This document shows, piece after piece, positions 10,896 through 20,900 of a stretch of DNA of 64,000 nucleotides (positions within the stretch are counted from its first letter, which is position 1; each line of letters begins with the position of its first letter). The notes beneath the pieces were generated by a model. It had not been told where the DNA came from. It did not search any database and saw only the letters and a program-made list of their open reading frames with translations. This DNA is from Marsupella aquatica (Eukaryota > Plantae > Marchantiophyta). The stretch lies in the NCBI GenBank assembly GCA_973895155.1, contig OZ316897.1, positions 12,175,832 through 12,239,831 of the forward strand, read 5' to 3'. Made by a program: the position numbers and the translations under genes.

Positions 10896-11029
10896 TTGTC
10901 ACAATACCTGTTGTCCATGGAGTGCAATCGACCTTTTGTTGTGCCTCCTAAACCTGACAACACTGCGACATCAGAGATGAAGATGAGTCTCCAAACAAAA
11001 CAAAGGAAAATGATTCTCACAGGAGGATG

Positions 11030-11363
11030 CGATAAGTTTATCGCACTCCGCATTTGAATTGAAAATATGACTTCCTCAGACACCTAAGCCCTGAATTCAA
11101 TCTTTCACAAAAATGACAACTCCGATAAATTTATCGGATTCTCAATTACTCCTCTTTCCATGAAAGGAATGGAGACTCCGATAAATTTATCGGAATGAAG
11201 GCAACACCTCTCTAAACACACTGGATCAAATGATTCCAACAGAGGAATGCAAAATGCGATAAATTTATCGCAGTCCGCTCGGATCTGGACATTTTACACT
11301 AAATGACTAGTTAGTCTTACATGGAGAACTTGAACAGGAATGGCTGTTCCGATAAATTTATCG
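11030..11363. repeat. Cluster of five 14-bp palindromes in the right subterminal region
   Basis: CGATAAGTTTATCG at 11030 and perfect CGATAAATTTATCG at 11123, 11179, 11257 and 11350. Confidence 0.9.
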
Positions 11364-11489
11364 GGTTTTCGGTAGAAAGAGTCGAATCGCTTGGGAGGAA
11401 TGTAAGACTTGATGGGAGTTTGGTATTCGCTCTCAGTCAGGAGATATTTGCTCTGGCGAAAGCAAACGTTTTATGGGCAGCCCGCTCCT

Positions 11490-11565
11490 CTTTATATAGG
11501 AGACGCTCTAAACCATGGTTAATTTCCCCTTAACCATGGTTAAGTTCCCCTTTTACCTGGGTTAG
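11490..11565 (-). promoter_or_regulatory. Putative inward-facing promoter: minus-strand TATA plus 21-bp tandem repeat containing AACCATGGTT
   Basis: The minus strand reads CCTATATAAA at ~11491-11500. AACCATGGTTAA(T/G)TTCCCCTT occurs twice at 11511-11552, followed by a degenerate third unit. Confidence 0.4.
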
Positions 11566-11785
11566 TGCGTGGTCGTTCCTGGATTACGCGGTTTGGATCA
11601 AGTTACTCACAGTTCGGACTTTTTCACTGACGGAATGTAAAACCCGATGCACGTATCGCTCCCTGCATTCCCGCGGCGATGCAATGGAGGAAAGTGGCGT
11701 TTCGGAGAGTTTTTGCCAGTTTTATCGGTCATTGCATTGCCTTAGAAAAAAAACGGGATCGGGCTAAACGAGAACTCCGACACAC

Positions 11786-11810
11786 TTCTCGGTCGGTCCG
11801 AAATCGTGTT
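11786..11810 (-). repeat. Right terminal inverted repeat
   Basis: TTCTCGGTCGGTCCGAAATCGTGTT is the reverse complement of the left TIR with 1 mismatch. Confidence 0.92.
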
Positions 11811-14175
11811 ATCAGTTCTGGACTCTCTACAACCTTGTGGATTGAGTCAATCCGCACCGCCAACTACGTTCAAAATCGCTCTGGTACAAAAGCACTCCAC
11901 CACTCCACTCCGTATGAAGCTCTTCATGGTACCAAACCCGACCTCAGTCATCTTCGTGTTATCGGCTGCACCGCATATGTTCTTCTTCCTGACACCGTGC
12001 AGTCCAAGCTGGGTGTTAAAGCCCTTCAAACGTCTCTTCTTGGCTATGCTGAAGAGTCCAAGGCCTATCGATGCTTTGATTCTTCTCGACGTCGCATTAT
12101 CATCTCCAAAGATGTTACCTTTGATGAGAGCAAAATGGGTACATCACAACCTGACCTATCCACTGCTACTAACTTCTTTAGCTCTCTTCTCTCCGACGAC
12201 CTCACTTACACCCCTACTCTACCCGCACTAGTTCCTCTCCCCAGGCCGCACGTTCCAGAGGGGGACCATATTAACCCTTTAGCTGCACCAGACCTACTCC
12301 CTGTAGCGGCCGACCCCATTATTCCCGTAGCAGCTCCTTTTATAGCCCCAGATATTATTCCCATGATAGCTGATCAAAATCTTCTCATAGCCCAGGATCC
12401 CATCCCAGTCGTTGATCTAGAACCACCCATGGATGCAGCTCCCGAACCGCAACCAGCTCTCCGGCCTGTTCGCCCTGCCGCCACTCGACACTCCCTCAGA
12501 GCTCATCGTCCCCCTCCTTGGCATTCTGATTATGACATGAGCGCATTACTAGTAGAATCCTCCAACTCTGAATTTGAATACCTCTCCACCGCACAGGCTC
12601 TTAACCATCCGGGTTGGAAGCAAGCTATGCAAGAAGAAATAGACTCTCTCATGAAAATGGGGACTTGGGAACTTGTGCATCTCCCCACTGGGCGTCGGGC
12701 TCTTACTACTAAATGGGTCTATCGAGTTAAACCTGACTCTACCAGATTTCGTCTCAAGGCTCGATTGGTTGCTCGGGGATTTGAGCAGAAATTTGGCATT
12801 GATTACAATGAGACATTTGCACCTGTTGTAAAATGGTCCACTCTCCGCACCATCATTGCTCTTGCTGTCTCCAATGGCTGGGAACTCCATCACATGGATG
12901 TCATTACAGCCTTTCTGAACGGCACCCTTACTGAGGAAATTTTTATGCAACAACCGCAAGGCTTTCAAGTCCCAGGCAAGGAATCTATGGTCTGCCACTT
13001 TATGGATTAAAACAGTCCCCCCGGGCCTGGTACACAGAGATTGACTCTTACCTTCGGGCCACCGGTTGGACTCGAAGCCTGGCTGACCCCAACTTATATT
13101 TCTGTCACACAAATGGTCATCTTGCCATCATCATGCTCTACGTTGATGACTTGCTTGTCACTGGCAGTGATTCTGCACTAATTGCCACCATCAAGTCCGA
13201 TCTCCATCAACGCTACGATATGAAGGATTTAGGCCTGGCTCAAAAATACCTTGGTATTGAATTTCTCCGGACTCCACGAGCTTGATTCTTCATCAGACCT
13301 GTTACTGTCAGAAATTAGTTGAAGAATTCGGCATGCAAGATTCAAAATGTGAGCACATTCCGCTTCCCGAAGGTCACGTCCTTACCAGTGAGACCAGTAC
13401 CCCTTCAGTGGATATCACTGACTACTGTCATGCGGTGGGTAAACTCATCTTTCTCACCCACACACGACCTGATATTGCCTATGCTGTTGGCATCGTTAGT
13501 CGTTACATGTCCTCTCCCCAACAAAGGCACTGGGAATCCGTCAAACACATCTTACGTTACTTAAAAGGGACGAGTGACTTTGGTATCGAATTTCAACGCT
13601 CCCCTAAATTACTTCTCCGAGGCTTCACTGATGCTGATTTCCTTGGCTGCCCCGACACACGCTGGTCTCGTGGCGCCTACCTACTTCAACTTGCAACAGG
13701 CCCTATCTCCTGGTCGAGCAAACTGCAGTCCACCGTTTCCGACAGTACCACTGAAGCTGAATACAAAGCTCTATCAGAAGGGACAAAAGAGGCTGTCCAT
13801 GTTCGCCGACTTCTCCTTGAGCTAAATATCAACTCCACCTTGAAGGTACCGCTCGGCATTTCCAGCACTACCATTCATAACAATCTTGCTCATGCCTCCG
13901 TTCCCTCAGCTTTAGATATTCATTTACATTGTGATAATCAGGGTTCTATTAAGTTAGCCAAGAATCCTGTTTTCCATGCCCGAACCAAACACATCGAAGG
14001 CAAGCACCACTTTGTGCGCGAAAGGGTGTTGGAGGGGGAAGTGACTTTGTCTTACATCAACACAGCAGAAAACCCTGCTGACCTCTTGACAAAACCGCTC
14101 TCACGGCTGAAGTTTGAAAAACATAGAGCGTTCATCGGAGTCAAGTCCATTTCAGATATACATAAGCAGTCCTAA
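11811..14175 (+). pseudogene. Ty1/Copia pol (integrase C-terminus, RT, RNase H), frameshifted
   Basis: Motifs LGYAEESKAYRCFD, WKQAMQEE, KARLVARGF, MDVITAFLNG, YGLKQSPRAWY, LYVDD (13139-13150), FTDAD, TEAEY, CDNQG, HARTKHI and ADLLTK. Frameshifts at ~13000 (with a small deletion before YGLKQ) and ~13280. Confidence 0.93.
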
Positions 14176-14197
14176 TTCCGCTACGTTCTTATCTACA

Positions 14198-14686
14198 TCA
14201 TCGACTGTAGCGACTGAGAAAGTACTCGGCCTCTCGAAATGTCCGAAAGGCCCGATGACAATTTCCAGGGTAACCACATACTTCCTGGTTCGCATCGGCC
14301 CATGAAGTATATATCCCCGGTCTATGTCCTATTGCAACTGCATAGAAGTGACGTCTATGACCGAACGGCATCAAAGATTCCTGCACGAGACGTCTCACGT
14401 CCCTGGATTCAACTACAGAACCAGAGGGGGTATCGGCCCCTACCACTGCGGCCTCCACACTCGTCGCCATCTGCAACAACTCATACGGCTCATCCTTGGC
14501 TTCATCTTCCTTTCCTTCCGGCCTGCTCTCCTGAATCTCTCTCTCTCGAGCACGGATCCAATGTGCCAACCTGCTGTAACCGACATAAAGCAATCGGAAG
14601 ATATGCCCAATCGCCTCAACACTTAGGCTTGTGCCTAATATTAGTGCCCGACGGAACGTCATCGTTCCTTCCTCCATTTTTTGCAT
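14198..14686 (-). CDS. Antisense ORF in the Copia 3' region encoding an RNase H1 N-terminal hybrid-binding (caulimovirus viroplasmin-like) domain
   Basis: C-terminal HFYAVAIGHRPGIYTSWADANQEVCGYPGNCHRAFRTFREAEYFL matches the YAV..G..PGIY..W..C...V.G......K.F.T..EA..F/Y signature. Intact 162-aa ORF. Confidence 0.8.
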   Translation of the reverse strand: MQKMEEGTMTFRRALILGTSLSVEAIGHIFRLLYVGYSRLAHWIRAREREIQESRPEGKEDEAKDEPYELLQMATSVEAAVVGADTPSGSVVESRDVRRLVQESLMPFGHRRHFYAVAIGHRPGIYTSWADANQEVCGYPGNCHRAFRTFREAEYFLSRYSR

Positions 14687-14720
14687 CCTATCCTGCGCTC
14701 TGATTCTCCCTCACTTACTC

Positions 14721-14729
14721 GAGAGGGGG
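14721..14729 (+). other. Polypurine tract of the Copia element
   Basis: GAGAGGGGG immediately before the LTR-initiating TG. Confidence 0.85.
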
Positions 14730-14970
14730 TGTTAGAACAGTATTACTCATAAGCTGTATTACGTATTAGCTGCTGACTGCTGCGGCTCCTAGTCTCTTTG
14801 TGCCGTTGTTCTTCTTGTCGCTTATGCGCAACTCACGGCAGACAGCTTAGCTGTTGATCTTAGGTTAGTCTGCTGGTCCGTTGATCCTCCCCTTTTTCCG
14901 GTAGCTCCAGGCTCTACTTAACCTGGCCTCCGGTGCGTCTTCCTTAGTACAACAGTGATAGATTCTAACA
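14730..14970 (+). mobile_element. Copia 3' LTR (241 bp)
   Basis: Starts TGTTAGAA and ends TTCTAACA (8-bp inverted termini). Homology to the paralogous duplication unit (34911 onward) resumes exactly at 14971. Confidence 0.85.
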
Positions 14971-17900
14971 TGATAAGCTTGATACTTTGTTCGACGCTCC
15001 TAGGTGATTATCAGCTTCGAGAAGATTCATCTTGGCCAGCAGATCATTTGAGACAAAAATATTGACTCTCTTGCTAACAAAATGGTTACTAAAAGATTCT
15101 CTCCCTTCAGTTGCGTTTGGTAAACTGAATATTTCTTTGGAAGCTTCAAAAAGACTCATCTCGTCTTGGTTAGTAAATAATTTAAGACAAAGTAATCACT
15201 CTACTGGTAACAAATGGTTACTAAACGATTGTCTCCGTTCAGTGCGTTTGACAAACTTCAGACTTCCTGGGAAGGTTCAAGGTAAGTATCAGCTTCGAGA
15301 ATCTTCATCTTGGCCAATAGATTATTTAAGATGAACCCCAATAGCGAGGTGAGTTAATTCCATGTGCCTAACCGCAGACTGCTAGTAGAAAAGTACGTTA
15401 AGAAAAGTACGTTAAGAACTAGTAGAAAAAACTTTTGTTGACTGGGAGACGATGTCTATTGGAAGGCACAGGTCGGATCTGGTTAGCTGCACACAACTTC
15501 TCTTCAAGACAAACCGAATACTCTGGATCGACGGTAGTAGAACTTGACTACGTCTAGTTTATTTTATTCTGTCTAGAATGTAGTAACTGGACCCCAAGTC
15601 GGAGTCAAGAGATCTACGAGAAAAACTCTACGAGAATTTTAGATTGAGTCTTTTCTGCCAACTTTCTTGGGAAGTTCATATGAGGAGATCGCAGTTGCTT
15701 ACTCTGCGTCAGCTTGGCATCCACAAATCCTACATATTTCCACCTTGGCCAATAGATTGTGAAGAGTTTGCCAGGAATATGACTTCATCGTATGTTTTTC
15801 TTTGTCTTTCTATACATGCAGCTTTGGCAGTCGTGTCCTAGTGGATCCAGGACATGCAGTGACGGAAACAAAATACAAGTTCCTTCGAATTGCTCAAGGC
15901 GAAGGAGACCCCCTCTTCTACCTTTTTCTTTGTGGAGCGGAAAGTAGAAAGAGCAAGCATGTGTATTGCAGGGGACGAGGAGAGTCAGCGTTAAGGTCTT
16001 GTGGTGGGGAAATTCTCAAGGAGAGCCCAAAATTTTGAAGTCCAGCAAAGGGCACGAAGCTTGGGAGAGACCTTTGTTTCCCCCAGATTTTATTTCCTAG
16101 CGAACTAGCCTGTAGATAGGCAATAGATTGGATATTTCTGACAAATTTCAGGAGCCTGGTTACCATTGCAGATGCTCAACAGACCGATCTCATGAGTCGG
16201 GGAGCCACAATGGTTCAGCGGCAGCCCATATTAGAATATCAACCGACTCTAATGTTGTGTGACAGTCTCCGATTGTCCATTCGTATAACAAACATTCCTT
16301 TCTCATGAAGCAAAAAGGAGGACGGACCCAACAATCAAAAGCGACTGTAGATTGGTGGGCTATCGGCACAACTTGCCAAGTTAATATAGGGCATCAAAAG
16401 TCGTTCCCGGTGACCGAAAAGGTCACGGGTACGAGGGATCAATGGGCCGGGTGAAATCTAAAGGGGATGGAGTTGCAGCATCACACTACCTAATCTTCAG
16501 GGCGGGAAAATAATGGTTCCCATGGTCATAAATCGTTACTAAAAGATTTTCGCTTTGACAAACTTGATATTCAATTGGAGGCTTCAAGGTCATTGTCAAG
16601 TCCGAGAAGATTCGGCTTGGCCGCTAGATTGTGAAGACTGAAGAGTCTGCAAGGATTAGATTCAATAGAATGATGATATCTTGTCTTCATTTTACATGCC
16701 AGCGACCAGCCAAAAAGATGGTGTCCGTTTGGGAGTCGCGCCTCCGTGGGTCCAGGACATCCAGCACTAATTTCTGTAGGCAACAGGGACATACTCTGTA
16801 TAGCTCCTTATCCGATGGAATGAGAAACTACACTAGTCGTTGTTTTGGAATTCACGAGATAACTCTTGGGTTCTAAATCGAATGGCGCTGAATTGGGTTT
16901 GAGCATATGGCGTAAGTCCCCTCATATCCAAATTCAAGCCACCCTCTCCATCAACTAGTCTTAGCAATTCCCTCCTCCACTGCTGAGGGTCCCTAAAAGC
17001 CACACCAGACAATCATTCAGCACTAAGCTCAGACTTGAGGATTCCAACGAATTATCCTACGATCTTTGCATGTAGCTCTCTCAACACTGGTTCACTGTTT
17101 TCGTTGAGACAACTCTGTCAACACCTGAATAAGTTCCTTGACGCGAATTATAACTTCAATGGCCCTCCAAACGAATCTTGTACAGTAGGACTCGACGGGG
17201 ATATCATAGAACATCGTGATGATGACGGCGGTGGTTTTTCCTAAAATGAATTTCTTATCAAGCTCATCACTATTGCAATGTGCAGGTCCGCATGCCCAGT
17301 TTGGGCAATTACAGCTTCCAGCGTTTCCACGGGATAGTTGCCTCCCGCCATCTCAACTACTAGCTATGCAACAATTACTCTGTAATCTAAAACTTTCCGA
17401 CGCGGTCGTCACTACAGACTGCAGATACAGAGTGTCCAGAAATATGCGTTTTCTTAATCTAATGCAACATCAGAGTAGACCCTCCTCCAGAATTTTCAGC
17501 TAAAACCAATCCCAAGAGAAGAAACGAAAGGTTATACCCAGCCCTGACGAATAAAAGGCTCGCGAATACGAAACATTTTCTTGGTTATGTCTGTACAAAA
17601 CTTCCCACTACAGAGATATTACGAAGTCTCTTCTCCTAATAATTGGCGAGCCTCTCTGGGAGAATTAATATTCAAAGGATAATATTCTGAAGCGACTCAA
17701 TGGTTTTATGTTCAGCTTCGAAGTTCGGTTGGTCTAAGCACACCCTGGCAGTAGTCAATTGTGCAACAAAATATGACTTCATATTCGTGATGCAGAAAAT
17801 GGTGCTACTAACTTCTTTAGCGGCGAACCATGAGACCGTGGACATATCGAAGCTAGGCAGCATTTACTCAAGAAAAAACGACGACGGCAACCAACTGAAC

Positions 17901-20900
17901 AACATTTACCTCAATTGGTCAAAAAGCCTATGGAATATCAACTGGGGAAAAATTTGATGCACATCTTCACGAGAATTCCGCCAGGAAAGGAACGTTCAAA
18001 TTTCAATCAAGCCCGACTTACTATAGCTCTGCGTGGCTCTAAACTACACAGTTTGTCTTCATTTGCTTGTCTCAACGGTTTGAGTATTTTCTCCTTTTCT
18101 AATTTTCAATTCTTCGATTGCAGCCAAGAATTTGATCGTTTTGGGAGAAAGTACTGAATTATGTACTTCAAGAGAAACAGGCAGTTCTCACGTATACATC
18201 TGCCCTTGCGTCGAAAGAACAAGATTAGGATCATCCAGAATGAAACTCTCTAATCCGGATATTCGAAGTAGAATTATGTCAAGCCCGATGGAGAAATCTG
18301 TATGGTCGCAGGCGCGTGCTCGGCAAAAAGTGGATCCCGATCCTTTCAGCTGGAGAAACCAAATCCTGGGGAACTAGATTACCGAACTGTGCTAAATAAA
18401 TTCTCCAGAATCTCGCTATTCGAAGGAGAAATATGTCAAGCATTTGACGAGAAGCTATCACGTTCTGGTCGTCCAGGCACAGCAAATTTGGAAATTATGA
18501 AATATGCAAAAGGATCTGCTTCCTAGCCTGACGGAATAAACGAAGATACGACTTACTACTTTAACAGAGATCGATAAGACCATGGACATAGAATCCAGAC
18601 ACAAATTATTGAAGAAAAAACAAGGACAGCAACCAAGTGAACTCACATGTCGGTGCCGTCAACGAGTAACGTAGGGTTCGCAGGGCTTCATGACAGCTTC
18701 TCCCATTGGCAAACACATTTCATGATTGTCCAATTGACCTCTCGGCATATCATTTCGAGAAACATTAATTCAGCAAGTCTGCCACCAAAGGACTGTCCAA
18801 TAAAGCCCAATTACTAAAGCTTTGCTTGGTTCTAAACTACGTGTAGTTTGTCTCGACCAAATAGATTAAGACCGGTCATTCTTTGCATTGGATTCTTCAC
18901 TCTCCAAATCACAGTGCTTCTCCCAATTCCATCGACCTAAGTGGGGTTCCCTTGATTGTGCGACAAAACTGCGTAAAGGCTTGTATTTGCATCCCAGGTT
19001 GATCGTTGCCCACTAATGAAGAGCATGTCACATTGGGGGAGGGGGAAATCGAAATTCCTGTTACTAGCAATGAACAATTTCCTCCATTAGCTCCACCTAT
19101 TGCCACTCGCGCCTGAAGCACCTGAAAGAGTAGACCGAGGTAATGTTAGTTACTGCTTGTCTGATTCACATAATAAAACAATTGTAAAGCAGTCTGGAAT
19201 TTCAGAAGCCATGCAATTATTCAGATGAGAAAAACACTGGCGGCTCTACACTCGAACTCACGGAGGCGTCGTCTTTCTGCTCAATGCTGTAGTCAATTCC
19301 ATTAAGCGACTAAAAATATATAAACCACACAATTCGTAGGATGGAATGCAAATAAATGTCTTCGTACGTCAGATGGAGTTGAAACCGTCGGCCCCAGATC
19401 ACTTACAAGGGCAATCTTTCTTCGCTTCATCATTGTCTTTCAACATGAGAAAGCTCATTGGAAACAAGATGAACGATAAGGGTAGTCGCTTGACGGTTAG
19501 AGTCAACGCTTCCAGCTACTTGACTGGACAAAACAGAAACACGCAATTTGCTGCATGTAAAAATGCTCAAGATTGTCCGCAAACACCGAGTATGGTCCAG
19601 AAATCGCGGGTCTAGTAGACGGACATCCTGCCAACAAAACTCCTTCCACCAAGTGGATACCAAGTACTCACGACAACTATTAAATGGAAATGAGAATTTC
19701 TGAGGGTTGCTCGAGCTCTACCTCACCACATCAAGTTCTTCTGGGTACAGTCCTCGCGCTGAACGGTAGACTTCTAGCTGTAATAATTTTGGCCCGGAAA
19801 GTCATCTGTTCAGAGAGCCTTTCATACCACTTACACCAATGCGCTCTTACATCCTTGGCAGGCAGGCAGCAGTTGTGTGAATCTCTCAGGATCGACCACG
19901 GTTTACATGTCGTTAACCAGATTAGACTTCCTGAACTTCTGATGACAGTCGGTGCAGATCCAAACAACACCATGGAGAGAACCATCGTTGTATGCCAAAC
20001 ACACCTTTCGAAGTCCTAACTTCTCCTCGTAGGCGTCTGCTGGCAATTTTCCTACTAAATTAGTGATGGCAGCTCTACTCTTTCCATACAAATCCTGAGG
20101 GTTCAAAGGGGGACCAGTAGGATCAAGTCCCATGCCCTCAGTCATCAGCTTATCTAATTCTGGCATTGAGTACTCGGTGGCCCAGACGATTCCATCTAAC
20201 ACTGATTTTCCTTGCTGTACTTGCTGGAAGTCGGGCAGTAGCAAACCCGTCCCAGGGGCTGCGACATTCGCTACAATTTTTGCAGAGATTAAGAGAACTG
20301 TGAGCGACACTTTGAGCCACGGGACAAGTGTTTTCAGGGCCGGCTTGAGGTCTGAAACAACCAGGCCCAGCTGGTCTTTGACTTGATGCGGTGTGTAACT
20401 ATTGTACCTGGCCTCACATGCAAATTGCAAACGAACATCGACACTTGGTGACAAAGCCTCCTTCAATGTAGCCCTTACACCAGAATCTCGTTTCCCCAAA
20501 TAGATGAGGTTTGGGCAGGTTCTATCCTTGTCTTCTTTCAGAAATCTGTCAGTGTCTTGAAGCTTCCGAAACACCCTTTTCTGCTCCTTCAAAACCTCTG
20601 CAAATCCCTCCACAAGCATCGTTTCAACATTCTTCACCTGCTTGTAGATCTTATCCTGACTGTTCATAATCTTATCCAGCTTCTCATCCATATTGTCCAG
20701 CTTCCTGTTAACAGTTGATAATCTTTGCATCTTCTCGGCAGTTGGGCTTGTAGGTGGATTCGCCATTTCAATGCCATCCGATGCCAGTGCCGGCTCCTCC
20801 ACCTTGTCCCCGTCTGTTGAGATATCCGACTCTTCAGTTAACTCGGGTGGATAGATTCCCAGGGTGACAGCTTCCTGTAATCCTTGCCTCAAAACATTCA

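Larger units (their letters stand above)
87..11810 (+). mobile_element. Complete 11,724-bp cut-and-paste DNA transposon (Sola1-like) with cargo genes
   Basis: Left TIR AACACGATTTCGGACCGAACGAGAA (87-111) matches the reverse complement of 11786-11810 at 24/25. ATCA is duplicated at 83-86 and 11811-11814. Removing the element restores the Copia integrase frame (ATC CTA ATC AGT TCT GGA). An internal DDD transposase gene is present. Confidence 0.93.

Noticed and set aside
11679-11810. N-terminus (MQWRKVAF..) of the 443-aa ORF
   Set aside because: Chance read-through from the transposon's right end into the interrupted Copia integrase.
14730-14954. Alternative LTR end at AACA 14954
   Set aside because: 14970 gives an 8-bp inverted terminus and coincides exactly with resumption of paralog homology.
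15600-19700. Many 60-110 aa ORFs recurring in each duplication unit
   Set aside because: Recurrence is explained by recent DNA duplication. Stops and frameshifts differ between copies and no domains are recognisable.
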